DNA of 64,000 nucleotides from Candidatus Omnitrophota bacterium (lineage in GTDB: Bacteria > Omnitrophota > Gorgyraeia > Tantalellales > Tantalellaceae): the NCBI GenBank assembly GCA_016783605.1, contig JADHWG010000002.1:107-64106 (forward strand). The letters run 5' to 3'. A program made the translations under genes and the position numbers. The notes below the pieces were generated by a model. That model saw only the letters and a program-made list of their open reading frames with translations. It had not been told where the DNA came from and made no database searches. This document shows, in pieces, positions 10,701-17,339 of this stretch (its first letter is position 1; each line of letters opens with the position of its first letter).

Positions 10701-12503
10701 ATGATTTTAGCTTTTTGCAGAATAAATACGATAGAAGATGTATCTTTTCAGGAAAAGCCTGTCGTCAAAAAAATACGGATGGTAAATAACGTACTTTTGG
10801 GTGTTAACATTGGTATGGGTATAATGAAGGCGGCGAGGGGCGGCGGTTTTACCGCCGGAGTATCTCTTTTTTGTATATCAACGCTTTTGCTTGTGATTTC
10901 ACTTTTGATGTTGAAAGAGAAATTTGTGGACGCGCCTTTGGCTGGCAAACTCAACAAGGCTCAAGCTCGACGTTGGAATGCTATCGAATACTCCCGCGTA
11001 AAAACACCGATCAAAGTTCAATTTTGGAAGGTTTTTGAGGGAGCGAAAAAATGGATTCGTTCCGTTAAAAAGCGTTTTGACGTGTTTATTATGACATTAT
11101 TTGGAGTTGTGTTGAGTGCGGCTATTGCCAGTGCTAAATCTGGAGAAACTTTTGCTGAAGCATGGACATTCGCGGAAATAATAGTAGGAATTATTGGAGG
11201 ATTCGCTATAGCGGGAACGTTTCTTATATTGTTGGCTGTAAATTACATTATTAGACGCAACTATGAGGAAAGAGTAAAAGAAACTGAATTTAAAGTTGCG
11301 CTTGGATTGTCGGAGAAAATGTATGCGGACATCGTTAGAAATGGTCATAAGAATTTATTGAAAGAAATAACAAGCGATGTTGAAATAATACATCTTGAAG
11401 AAAGCGTTAGCCGGGAAGTCATGCAGGAAGAATTTAATGAAAAGACGAGGGGTCGAAGAGTTGTAGGTGCGATCGTGGATCCGACCGTGCTTGAAGTAAT
11501 TAACGGCATTGATGGAAACGACAATTCGCATAGCAGAAATCTTGATAAAAGTATGCGAATAATAGAAGATTTCATCAAAACCGCGAAAAAAGAGATCACG
11601 CCCCTTATGGCGCCGAAAGCCGGGTTTTTTAAACTGAAAGGGCTCACACAAAAGGCGATCAAGGAAGATTTTGATAAATTAGAAAAATTAACTAAAAAGA
11701 AAACAAAAGAGTGGGATGGCAAAATACAAGTGTTAGTCAGAACTTTGCCAGCGGAGAGTCTCCAGCTTGTGGATAAAGGTGCGTATCATGTTCCGGTGAA
11801 TAAGTGGCATAGAGCGGTTGTTGGGGAAAATAGAGTGAGTATAGACGCGAAACGTTTAGCTAAGGGAGGAGGAGGTCTAATTGTAGGTTCTAATCGCAAA
11901 TACATAAGTGTGTCAGCGTATGATCTCGCGGATTTGAGGTTTATCGCGAACGCGATCAAAGATTTAGGTGTTGATAAAGAAAAAGCGTCTCAGTTTATTC
12001 ACGTGAGACTGCGCAACAATAACGTGCGGACACGGGAAGATCTGCAAAAGTATATGGAAAAAACCGGACTAAGCGGATATCTTTATCCGAAAAATGTGGA
12101 TATTGTTTCCGAGCAGGAAGAAAAAGATATGACGCTTGAGAAAATTCTTTTTAAGGTGAAACATATGTTCTCCGGAGCGATGATTTCTGTTAGCAATGAT
12201 CAAATTTTTGTCGGCAATACGAGAGACTTGAATCTTTCTTCTGCGGATAAAATTACGCTAAGCCGCGAAAAAGCGCCAAAATTCGTTCAGATGAGAGGAG
12301 AGGGAATTGTCTCTCAGCTTCTTCTCGCTCTGGTTGAGTTTAGCGCCCGGGAAAAAATACCGGCGAGTTTGGGAAAAATAACGCTTGATCCGAATAAAAC
12401 GGGGCTTAAGATATACATATATGTTCCGAAAATAAAAAAAGCGGATTATGACGCGATACTTGACGTTATAAAGAATTATGAGAAGATGATGATGAGTGTT
12501 TAA
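1746..12503 (+). CDS. Giant multi-domain membrane protein, 3585 aa (paralog 1): N-terminal anchor, conserved N-module, two multi-TM clusters, CBM-like beta-sandwich, GH-A-like TIM barrel, PKD domain, acidic T/D-rich repeats, conserved C-module
   Basis: Single uninterrupted track ORF with an AGGAGGG RBS 7 nt upstream. The N-terminus MGNFRGKFYVKAIAAVVAAIFLHQQIAWAQGG is a hydrophobic anchor. Hydrophobic helices are clustered at about nt 4740-8170 and 10510-11270. The PKD signature WDFDDYDG...HTYDEPGVYLVTLTVTDTAGN lies at about 9990-10150. NEP and GE motifs lie in a barrel-like segment at about 8930-9810. The N- and C-terminal 500 and 430 aa are homologous to the ORF at 43636-59250. Confidence 0.85.
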   Translation: MGNFRGKFYVKAIAAVVAAIFLHQQIAWAQGGAAPAAMPPAARVSENVGAGQVGTDVCDIDLPYNLAHRDEVYTGAREEKIIHLQDAHASLSAQYSLVNLLDVLAKNYDLEFIALEGTEGVIDTSLLKSFPDKDIREKTADLLMREGRMSAGEFFQITRDEKNIMLCGVEDNELYKENLDGFCQVIEQREPLVKMVKAFRGQIDALEEKVYSDELRTFIYRGRAHKNGTLNFSDYWREMSPFLEKFGIETGTLRDMPLLTQSIELERKIDFEKANTERGDLISDLTGRLEKDELKALVLESVNFKEQKVSPANFHKYLEELARENNISLSAYKNFSMFTEYISLYESVDIFNLYSEVESLEKTIRGKLYRNEDERELNKISVMTELLRGLYSIELSSRDFGFFEETREKYDAKKFAAFIKDKCAKHKVTIEKGYDLAEMLGGINSAANFYETAAKRDRLMIQNTLKRMKSEKKRVAALITGGYHTKGLTEIMKENKLSYLIISPKFEKDEERPYVAVLTGKKKPYEELLESGKYQIMAAAWNNPNDTPESQISKTEEIVALTRAINDMTQEDWENNGEEWKGSFCPGSSVEIFNEDKFKELIETVEGREIDGAVVTGYKGGEPRVALKLNEKSEIQRVEITEKHKRIWEKRTGNIMLHVNQVFSMTKLKTESDIAESVGNKIDNPTIDTEWQKRNMIIHPALVISEENINNTIDRMRPTVIGVGQDENAEQKRITEEIKRVLKIKGINEAELKDKIVKKFINAAMEELKRRNESNQTPNQDEPFVLTLEKIEKICQSLRDEADSSSVGQNPDDLRKKVERAFMEMGATEAFLKSGAVEKQIQLLMKMIEKKDEKSNPNEANSIFAKLVSKDEAYWNNVEEDIKGYQKEYNTTYVKTSKPSIFEQSELEQTEIDLVRVVKKEEKLGLVDNSLVDFFKKLKDMESDNVSTEAPDQVKTPPAEFEIKDHEIGSRAYPKSTKFVTNEPTQTQEDPIESKDIKKSFMEKIEAQLVRMTFTATIFTALMLIILRGVTHNRAKKEEEYAPLVVQKKESDEKSVDEADAVTVKKDNFIKSIPGKIVKFIKDKANLVIRHKNLIIMMFVSIGSIAAIANAESFGFVQTIERVSSTPLFATSTFGMVELMMVVGAVALTVWVFLSLGKGEIGAERRLPIIEILRKETCKLDIIVAGVFAYQTIIQYMADGAFTKGVFLFAIATAALIFSVWTFIKDGLLVKTAGVENRETKMIEGDLKSGAVVMTVTKKVEDVPVAEVTSRKKLLFVQSKNWLKSKFALAKKYKDLISALFVSSIIGLVSISQAYDGSIGLSPSSIMAMAVLSGCTIGALVFLIRSLDKTKKISDKKNASVEIPKIRNFKELKGYAGISIVTSAMTLLIGYFHKPLWQICLDLPMKHEILGSITVGAGLLTSAVVAGIAIWFTWITLDAAIPMGLKKAGSFVKGIFRFVKTYFSVFIGTVFAGTLWSTVARAVNNSANVVSIFDVTQGTKFSVIIRSIPRNVIVPFAIVMMTVITAVWIFSAIVKAVRLYRAQERGKVSEEEVGEIKKKQNRFNIQVFSNMALILISFFAANNVSLTMEYALVIIPFAILGLCVYSIYSAIHFVCKLVQDYRKPLTEQKKSERKNKKRSSKGEVKISLLTGMVFMFIVLAIGCITPKVNTKSVLDKSVAKTKMAETVGTQKMDDSKKMVPRTETEPKKKEIKICGNTPNVHDAACDVIILNPSYGAVQDEWPDEIYFDYWGDITGYEVEIIFTELGKRENTRIEIFLKNKKYINMSSGAVTPDKDGVVRWNPAAVEGWLFRKSMAKAKAKFIKNNAAISIKFRGMDAEEGEDHIEEIRFVRKEVNKSKGVSRSKLFTWAPIIALTSFITGSGIFNTALAGAAGLGWMNEIEAIAVSSPWGGLSLMCLLFGAMLAGAGAIAYIFTNLLNLFSSEMEGKTLLKVSLIWMVSTGAILGLLAKIGSIAIWVNRFFVGDMLMSSGLTTIGMSTLLIALFGTAMISAGLVMKGTHDVYFQNKKRAEVIFSSLGSAAGSGVLYVLARNWRLIGNALEVLVVGGPANIVFAVVITVGGSIGTVLFAVATLVAISKTWFKLGELSAERKRSGTALFTVIMLIFGIMFCWVPGVGASGEKPEDLPAVKYTEPRTPGNYVEPRVPGIYVEPRTPGTFSAAPDSVTPRTDVGTDEEIIPLTGWYPETYDDSQGIVDVYCGEDGILKIVADMRGQDDYRRQGEVYRNLDEATDFTGKKESFKVRVPEKYALNQENGVVPYMMDVNGNKQYADRVKITRAGEWVTVEMVPMPYGRTRLKGNAGRFKWTDPGFDPSLGITRVGIKFVIDEKSTDTFISENPDGTVKDGYIEVADIRIVPMEGVVHEAEWQNVYRDEPIVVPAVDAGTFVANSGVSLYLKTYERAIGTPDGVTAHYEETLNEFKKLASRGVKKARILLCIGSKNTSGIEFDDNDMPIGFKDFEGEDLSGEELAILDFANLIRIGTETDIEMALVLHNKDITEAHPGVFGDEEKRAALVALDKILLDGAKEMLEEDVWEYFEYGEALNEPDDAGTHSWYTQEFVKAENKMIRDDIGKPVTLGPAKREHIGNWLLSDSEMLKPGDMFQIHVYNDNLDELLAELRRNIGEFEWPEGVTICFGEAQGNIGSDSVISEAFPAAHRSGAKRIYFWRDNRLSPKYTVDEDEYQSTAQYMMSADYDTDVPDEVDDTELPIARAAVSDQTVDEGVEIIFNAGESTDEGGEIETFSWDFDDYDGIQEDAGTVTATHTYDEPGVYLVTLTVTDTAGNSGTDTLTITVNEAVVDDDTDVTNETDVDVTDETDEGVTDETDGDVTDKADDTDTNKDDVDKPGSTLDTSDGGCYIGTAWFNDKSDKSKDMKRENTPGAEVLAREGVGNTLFDKVINWWEGLKTSVKKHFNLVVMIMFGGALFSTIARAGEPGAFGEVTKQLFAVSTFGKVELAVASLSAAVAIVTMILAFCRINTIEDVSFQEKPVVKKIRMVNNVLLGVNIGMGIMKAARGGGFTAGVSLFCISTLLLVISLLMLKEKFVDAPLAGKLNKAQARRWNAIEYSRVKTPIKVQFWKVFEGAKKWIRSVKKRFDVFIMTLFGVVLSAAIASAKSGETFAEAWTFAEIIVGIIGGFAIAGTFLILLAVNYIIRRNYEERVKETEFKVALGLSEKMYADIVRNGHKNLLKEITSDVEIIHLEESVSREVMQEEFNEKTRGRRVVGAIVDPTVLEVINGIDGNDNSHSRNLDKSMRIIEDFIKTAKKEITPLMAPKAGFFKLKGLTQKAIKEDFDKLEKLTKKKTKEWDGKIQVLVRTLPAESLQLVDKGAYHVPVNKWHRAVVGENRVSIDAKRLAKGGGGLIVGSNRKYISVSAYDLADLRFIANAIKDLGVDKEKASQFIHVRLRNNNVRTREDLQKYMEKTGLSGYLYPKNVDIVSEQEEKDMTLEKILFKVKHMFSGAMISVSNDQIFVGNTRDLNLSSADKITLSREKAPKFVQMRGEGIVSQLLLALVEFSAREKIPASLGKITLDPNKTGLKIYIYVPKIKKADYDAILDVIKNYEKMMMSV
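8195..8275 (+). repeat. Three tandem 27-nt coding repeats (EPRxPGxYV) inside giant gene 1
   Basis: Seen in sequence: gtagaaccgcgagtgccggggatctat and gtagaaccgcgaacgccggggact, following ccgagaactccggggaattat. Confidence 0.7.
10190..10330 (+). repeat. Tandem degenerate 27-nt coding repeats (VTDETDxxx) giving an acidic T/D-rich linker after the PKD domain
   Basis: Seen in sequence: gtgacagatgagacggacgaaggt, gtgacggatgagacggacggggat, gtgacagacaaagctgacgat. Confidence 0.7.
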
Positions 12504-12590
12504 TCGTTGGTTCGTTGATCGTTGTTTCGTTGTCTCGTTGATAGTTGTCTCGTTGATTGTTGATCGTTGATGAGTGTTTAATGTTTGGGT
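12503..12590. repeat. TCGTTG-type microsatellite directly after the giant-gene stop, followed by a duplicated copy of the gene's last 20 nt
   Basis: Seen: tcgttggttcgttgatcgttgtttcgttgtctcgttgatagttgtctcgttgattgttgatcgttg, then gatgagtgtttaatg, which repeats gatgagtgtttaatc at 12487-12501. Confidence 0.8.
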
Positions 12591-12753
12591 GTTGACCATC
12601 AACCTCGTAGGTGTGATAATTCATACCAATTAATTGTACATTTGTAGTTATGAAATGTATGTTTCTATGGGAATATGGGGGCACATGCAATGTGCCCGCG
12701 TATCCTTGACAAGGTTCATCATATATGATACACTTTATTCAGAGGTGAAAACT

Positions 12754-12984
12754 ATGCCTACAAAAAAACCACGAATAAATGTAGTGCTTGAACCAAGATT
12801 GTACAAAATCTTGGTAAGAGTGGCACATGGAGAAGGGATTTCTGTATCTTTGGCGGCAAGAGATTTGATAAAGGATGCTGTTGAACTTTACGAAGATAGG
12901 TACTGGGCAAAAGTCGCTGAGGAAAGAGAGAAAACTTTTTCTGACAAGAAGGCTTTAACCCATAAGGAAGTTTGGGATCAGTGA
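12754..12984 (+). CDS. Ribbon-helix-helix (CopG/RelB-like) antitoxin
   Basis: ATG at 12754 inside track ORF 12634-12984, giving 76 aa. MPTKKPRINVVLEPRLYKILVRVAHGEGISVSLAARDLIKDAV is a typical RHH antitoxin N-terminus. Its stop overlaps the start of the downstream RelE-like gene. Confidence 0.7.
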   Translation: MPTKKPRINVVLEPRLYKILVRVAHGEGISVSLAARDLIKDAVELYEDRYWAKVAEEREKTFSDKKALTHKEVWDQ

Positions 12985-13286
12985 AATACACTGTATTTTA
13001 TCACCAGGATGTAAAACAGAAAGATCTTTCGTCTATCCCGGAAAATTTAAAGCAAAGAATTCGTAGGGCTATAGAAGAAAAATTAATGTTGGATCCTGAA
13101 AACTACGGTACTCCTCTAAGGAAAGGTTTACATGGGTACCGAAAATTGCGAGTAGGAGATTATCGGGTTATTTACAGCATTCGGAAAAGTAGTGCTAAGA
13201 TTAAAATTTTCAAAATTGGACACAGAAAAGAAGTATATAAGAATGCGCATACACGTGTAAAAGAAGTGTCTTACCTAACAAAATGA
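12981..13286 (+). CDS. relE: RelE/ParE-family toxin
   Basis: Track ORF 12972-13286. GTG 12981 overlaps the antitoxin stop as gTGA; TTG 12972 is an alternative start. LRKGLHGYRKLRVGDYRVIYSIRKSSAKIKIFKIGHRKEVY matches the conserved RelE/ParE core (RVGDYRVIY...I..IGHRK). Confidence 0.75.
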   Translation: MKYTVFYHQDVKQKDLSSIPENLKQRIRRAIEEKLMLDPENYGTPLRKGLHGYRKLRVGDYRVIYSIRKSSAKIKIFKIGHRKEVYKNAHTRVKEVSYLTK

Positions 13287-13298
13287 AACTTCATCTCC

Positions 13299-13490
13299 AA
13301 AAATCCCACCTCGTAGGTGGAAAAATTTCACCTACGAGGTGGGATTTTTGGCGCAAGAAGGGACTGTCGCAAAATACCCCAAAATGTCATCCTCGCGAAA
13401 GCGGGGATCTATAAGTCTAAGAAACACTATATGTTACAGATCCCCGCGTTCGCGAGGATGACAGAAAAAGGTATTTTGCGACAGACCCAA
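13299..13490. repeat. Palindromic element family P2, copy 2 (core arms 13385-13410 and 13438-13463), preceded by a CCTCGTAGG hairpin at 13299-13348
   Basis: Seen: ggactgtcgcaaaatacccc...tgtcatcctcgcgaaagcggggatct...agatccccgcgttcgcgaggatgaca...ggtattttgcgacagaccc. Track ORF 13317-13526 is an artefact. Confidence 0.85.
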
Positions 13491-13552
13491 GAAGAGAAAA
13501 ATTCCGTAGTATTTTTTTTTAAGTGAGAGGAATATGCTATAATTAACAAATT

Positions 13553-14443
13553 ATGAAAAAATTTGGATTTGTATCTATATCAGGGCGGCCCAATGTGGGG
13601 AAATCGACCATATTGAACGGGCTTTTGGAGGAAAAAGTCGCGATCGTGAGCCCAAGACCGGAGACGACGCGCGACAATATACGCGGGATTCTTACGCGTA
13701 AGGATTGTCAGTGTGTGTTTATTGATACTCCGGGGATCCATCGGCCGCACGACCTTTTGGGAAAAATAATGCTTTCCCGCGCTCAATCTTCACTTATGGA
13801 GACGGATATTGTGCTTTTTGTTACCGAAAAGCATCAAGCTTTCGGAAAGGAAGACCAGCATATACGCGGGCGTTTGTCCTCCCCTGAAAGCGGGAAAAAG
13901 GTTATTTTGGTGATCAACAAAGTGGATAGGGTGAAGAATAAAAAGCTTCTCCTTCCGCTTATGCAAAAGGCGCGTGATTTTTATCCTTTTGACGCGGTCG
14001 TGCCTATTTGCGCGCTTAAAGGCGAAGATCTGCAAACGCTTCTTAAGGTGATAGAGACGTATCTTCCCGAGGGGCCTTTTCATTATGAGGATGAAGATCT
14101 GACCGATAAAAGTATGGAGTTTATGATACGCGAAATTATTAGAGAAAAAATATTGGGCGGGACATACGAAGAAATCCCGCATTCAATAGCGGTTATGGTC
14201 GATGAGATCAAGGAAGAAAAAGGGAAGATAAATGTTTATGCCACGATCTTTGTGGAAAGAACATCGCAAAAATCGATCATTATAGGATCCGGCGGCGCGA
14301 TGATCAAAAAGATCAAAACCGCCGCGCGCAAAGATATAAAAAAACTTTTTTCGAAAAAAGTGACTCTCAATTTATGGGTGAAAGTTTCTGATAAATGGAA
14401 AAGAAATCCCGCGGCGCTTAGAGAATTGGGATATGTTGATTAA
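13553..14443 (+). CDS. era: GTPase Era
   Basis: 296 aa. It has the G1 motif GRPNVGKST, the G3 DTPG and NKVD motifs, and a C-terminal KH-domain region (NLWVKVSDKWKRNP). Confidence 0.95.
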   Translation: MKKFGFVSISGRPNVGKSTILNGLLEEKVAIVSPRPETTRDNIRGILTRKDCQCVFIDTPGIHRPHDLLGKIMLSRAQSSLMETDIVLFVTEKHQAFGKEDQHIRGRLSSPESGKKVILVINKVDRVKNKKLLLPLMQKARDFYPFDAVVPICALKGEDLQTLLKVIETYLPEGPFHYEDEDLTDKSMEFMIREIIREKILGGTYEEIPHSIAVMVDEIKEEKGKINVYATIFVERTSQKSIIIGSGGAMIKKIKTAARKDIKKLFSKKVTLNLWVKVSDKWKRNPAALRELGYVD

Positions 14444-14497
14444 TGGTCGCTGTTTCACCAGAGTAGGTGGAAAAGAGCTCCACCTACTCTGGTGAAA

Positions 14498-14606
14498 CAG
14501 CTTTAGTTGCATGTTACAGGTTGCACGTCACACGCTTTCCCGCCGAAAGCGGGTTCGTCTTCGGCGGGAAAGCTGTAACCTGTAGCTTGTAGCGTGTAAC
14601 AGCTAA
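14498..14606. repeat. Palindromic element family P3, copy 1. The core is CCGCCGAAAGCGGG-N-CTTCGGCGG with short direct-repeat arms (gttaca/aacctgta).
   Basis: Seen in sequence. Track ORF 14503-14685(-) is an artefact of the element. Confidence 0.85.
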
Positions 14607-14790
14607 CATAACCGCTGTTCCACCTCGTAGGTGGAACAGAGCTCCACCTACGAGGTGAAACAGCTGACATAACCGATTGTTCCATTGTTCCACCTACGAG
14701 GTGGAAAAGATGTTGGAAATTTGGGTTTTAAACGTATAATAAGAGTGGGAATTGGGCGTGAGAGTGGAATAATAAACAAGTTGGTAGATC

Positions 14791-16158
14791 ATGAAACATT
14801 GGGAAGAAAAAAATAGGGAAATTCAGGTTTTCGAGGAAAGGGTCGCTCGGGTTAAGGATCTTTTGGAGAAGGGGCTGGATAAGGAGTTGGCGTTATTTTT
14901 GGCAAAAATAGAGCCTGAAGACGTTGCTGAAATATTTGCTGATTTTTCCGTTGAGGAGAAGCTTAGGATATTTAATTCTCTCAGTTCCGAAAGCGCCGCG
15001 GTTGTGCTTGATGATACGGATCCTCAAACTCGATTGCAGCTGCTTCAAAAAATAGACGCTAATAAATTAGCAAAAGTTTTGGAAGAGATGCCTGTGGACG
15101 AGGCGGCTGATGTTGTCGAGGAAGTCCCGGTTGAAAACAGAGTTGATATACTTGACTTGATGGAAGAAAAGGATGCTGAAGAAGTTGAAGAAATTCTTAG
15201 CTATCCTCCGGAAAGCGCCGCGCGTGTTATGAATCCCGAATTTATTTTCGTCAAAGAAAATAATGATGTGGAAGATGCTATAAAACATATACGAGAGCAG
15301 GAAGTGGATGAGGATATATTCTACGTATATGTGGTGGATGAGAAACAGAAACTTCGCGGCGTAGTGCCTATCCGTAAGTTTCTTACGTCTCCTGAGGGGA
15401 CTGTGATCAAAGATATTATGGAAAGGGACCCGCACTCCATTCCCGCTCGTGAAGATCAGGAAAAAGCGGCTCTCATCATGAAAAAATATGACTTATTTTC
15501 TTTACCGGTAGTGGACGATAGCGGAAGTTTGGTTGGCAGGATAACTGCCGACGACATTATTGATGTTATGGACGAGGAGCATGCCGAAGACATTAGCAGA
15601 ATGACGGGTACGATAGAGGAAGAGCAAGGTACGGAAACAACTTTGCAGGCGGCTCAGAACCGGCTTCCGTGGCTTATAGCGTGTATGCTCGGGAGCATTG
15701 TTACGGGGCTTGTGATACAGTTTTATGAAGTCACGCTTGCCGAAACTATCGCGCTGGTTTCTTTTATTCCGGTTATTACGGCCACCGGCGGGAACAGCGG
15801 AGTGCAAGCTTCGACTGTTGTTGTTCGAGGAATAGCGTTGGGGCATATGTCTTATCTGCATGTTGCCAGTGAAGTGTGGCGGCAGTTTAAGATCGCTTTG
15901 GGGTTGGGAATTGTTTGCGGCGGTGTTCTTACGGGTCTGGCGAATATATGGATGAAAAACAGCAAGGTCGGCATTATTGTCGGGCTTTCCATTTTTGTGG
16001 TTGTGGTATGGTCGAACTTTGTTGGTGTGGTGACTCCTATGATATTCAAAAGGTTGCGTATAGATCCGGCCATAGCGTCGGGACCGTTCATAACCACTTT
16101 GAATGATGTGATTGGAGTTGCCATTTATCTCGGAATCGCGACGTTGTTTTTGGCATGA
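14791..16158 (+). CDS. mgtE: Magnesium transporter MgtE
   Basis: 455 aa. It has an acidic N-domain, tandem CBS domains and a C-terminal 5-TM region with GGNSGVQASTVVVRG, a match to the MgtE pore motif. Confidence 0.9.
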   Translation: MKHWEEKNREIQVFEERVARVKDLLEKGLDKELALFLAKIEPEDVAEIFADFSVEEKLRIFNSLSSESAAVVLDDTDPQTRLQLLQKIDANKLAKVLEEMPVDEAADVVEEVPVENRVDILDLMEEKDAEEVEEILSYPPESAARVMNPEFIFVKENNDVEDAIKHIREQEVDEDIFYVYVVDEKQKLRGVVPIRKFLTSPEGTVIKDIMERDPHSIPAREDQEKAALIMKKYDLFSLPVVDDSGSLVGRITADDIIDVMDEEHAEDISRMTGTIEEEQGTETTLQAAQNRLPWLIACMLGSIVTGLVIQFYEVTLAETIALVSFIPVITATGGNSGVQASTVVVRGIALGHMSYLHVASEVWRQFKIALGLGIVCGGVLTGLANIWMKNSKVGIIVGLSIFVVVVWSNFVGVVTPMIFKRLRIDPAIASGPFITTLNDVIGVAIYLGIATLFLA

Positions 16159-16160
16159 TA

Positions 16161-16266
16161 CAGCTTTAGTTGCATGTTACAGGTTGCACGTTACACGTTT
16201 TCCCGCCGAAGGCGGGTCCGCCTTCGGCGGAAAACCTGAAACCTGAAACCTGTAACGTGGAACAGC
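16161..16266. repeat. Palindromic element family P3, copy 2. It is a direct-orientation copy of the element at 14498-14606, so the two copies bracket mgtE.
   Basis: Seen: cagctttagttgcatgttacaggttgcacgttacacgttttcccgccgaaggcgggtccgccttcggcggaaaacctgaaacctgaaacctgtaacgtggaacagc. The first 60 nt are nearly identical to 14498-14557. Confidence 0.85.
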
Positions 16267-16340
16267 TTGAATGGTTAATTGAAAGCGTTGGAATTTTGTG
16301 ATATACTCGGGGTTCCGGGGCGCGCGGAGTTAAAGCGGAG

Positions 16341-16547
16341 GTGAAAATGGGAAAGATATTGAGTCTTATGGTTGGAACGATAGTTGTGATAGGAGGGGTT
16401 ATACTGCTTATTAACTGGTGGGGTGACCTTATTTATCTTTTGAAGGGATGTATTCCGATCTTGCTCATAATCGGCGGCGGGATCTCGATTTTGGCCGGGA
16501 TAAGTGAGATTAAAGATACAAAAAAAATAAAGCCGGCATCCAAATAA
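16341..16547 (+). CDS. Small hydrophobic membrane protein (two predicted TM helices), function unknown
   Basis: 68-aa track ORF. A GGAGGTG RBS lies 6 nt upstream of the ATG. A terminator-like hairpin follows at about 16563-16642. Confidence 0.45.
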   Translation: MKMGKILSLMVGTIVVIGGVILLINWWGDLIYLLKGCIPILLIIGGGISILAGISEIKDTKKIKPASK

Positions 16548-16643
16548 AAAAAACGCCGCCAGTGTATAATGTATGGAAAGGGGCAAGGGAGAAAAGTCGT
16601 TATTTGGATCTTTGGGCGTAATTTTCTTCTTTGCCCTTTTGTT

Positions 16644-16686
16644 TATTCGCGAGGATGACAGAAAAAGGTGTTTTGCGACAGACCCT
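16644..16686. repeat. Truncated (right-half) copy of palindromic element family P2
   Basis: Seen: ttattcgcgaggatgacagaaaaaggtgttttgcgacagaccc, immediately upstream of the ORF at 16701. Confidence 0.7.
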
Positions 16687-16700
16687 AAGAAGGTTTTATT

Positions 16701-17255
16701 ATGATATATTTTTGCGGGATAATATTAGTTATCGGTCTCTTTTTTCAAGGATGTTCAACCAACACGGCTCAAGAGGAAAAAAAGATCTTGGCGCATGACG
16801 CTTCTTTTCAGAAACTTTTGAATAAGCGCGATTCTCTTCAAAATGAAGCGAATCAGAAGGCTGAACTTTTTCGTAAAAAGGGGAAAGATATAGATAATAA
16901 GATCAAAATTATGCAAAAAGAAAAAGTGCGGCTGAAGAAAGAATATTTGTCGGTGGAAGAGAAGATCATGAGGCAGCTTCAACCGGAAAAGAGAGCCTTG
17001 CAAAAAACTCTTAGGGAACTAACCTATCAATACAAACAAAAGGCGGATGCCGTTCGGAGTATTGACGGAGATATTAACGAGATCAACACGCTGATAAAAA
17101 AGAAAGAGAGTTTGTCTTTGACGCAGGAAGAGATGCGGATCTGGAATGAACGATTGGCCGCTCTCATAGAAAAAAAAGAAACGGTAATTACGGAAAAAAA
17201 CAAGGTAAAGAAGGAAATAGAAATAACGAAGTTAAAGATCAAGGTTTTTAGGTAG
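16701..17255 (+). CDS. Putative coiled-coil lipoprotein
   Basis: 184-aa track ORF. The N-terminus MIYFCGIILVIGLFFQGCSTN is a signal peptide with a lipobox-like FFQGC. The remainder is K/E-rich heptad-like sequence. Confidence 0.5.
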   Translation: MIYFCGIILVIGLFFQGCSTNTAQEEKKILAHDASFQKLLNKRDSLQNEANQKAELFRKKGKDIDNKIKIMQKEKVRLKKEYLSVEEKIMRQLQPEKRALQKTLRELTYQYKQKADAVRSIDGDINEINTLIKKKESLSLTQEEMRIWNERLAALIEKKETVITEKNKVKKEIEITKLKIKVFR

Positions 17256-17257
17256 GG

Positions 17258-17290
17258 GCGCGGTTTCCGCGCCCTTTATCATTTTTATAC
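17258..17290 (+). terminator. Rho-independent terminator-like hairpin (gggcgcggtttccgcgccc followed by tttatcattttt)
   Basis: Seen in sequence directly after the stop of the 16701-17255 ORF. Confidence 0.55.
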
Positions 17291-17339
17291 CATCAGGGCG
17301 GGGAGACCCCGCGCCCCTACGAATATTAAGGAGAAAAAG

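Noticed and set aside
12258-12690. Track ORFs 12258-12602(-) and 12466-12690(-) reading the TCGTTG microsatellite as TINETTINETT
   Set aside because: They are translations of a simple-sequence repeat on the non-coding strand of the giant gene 3' end.
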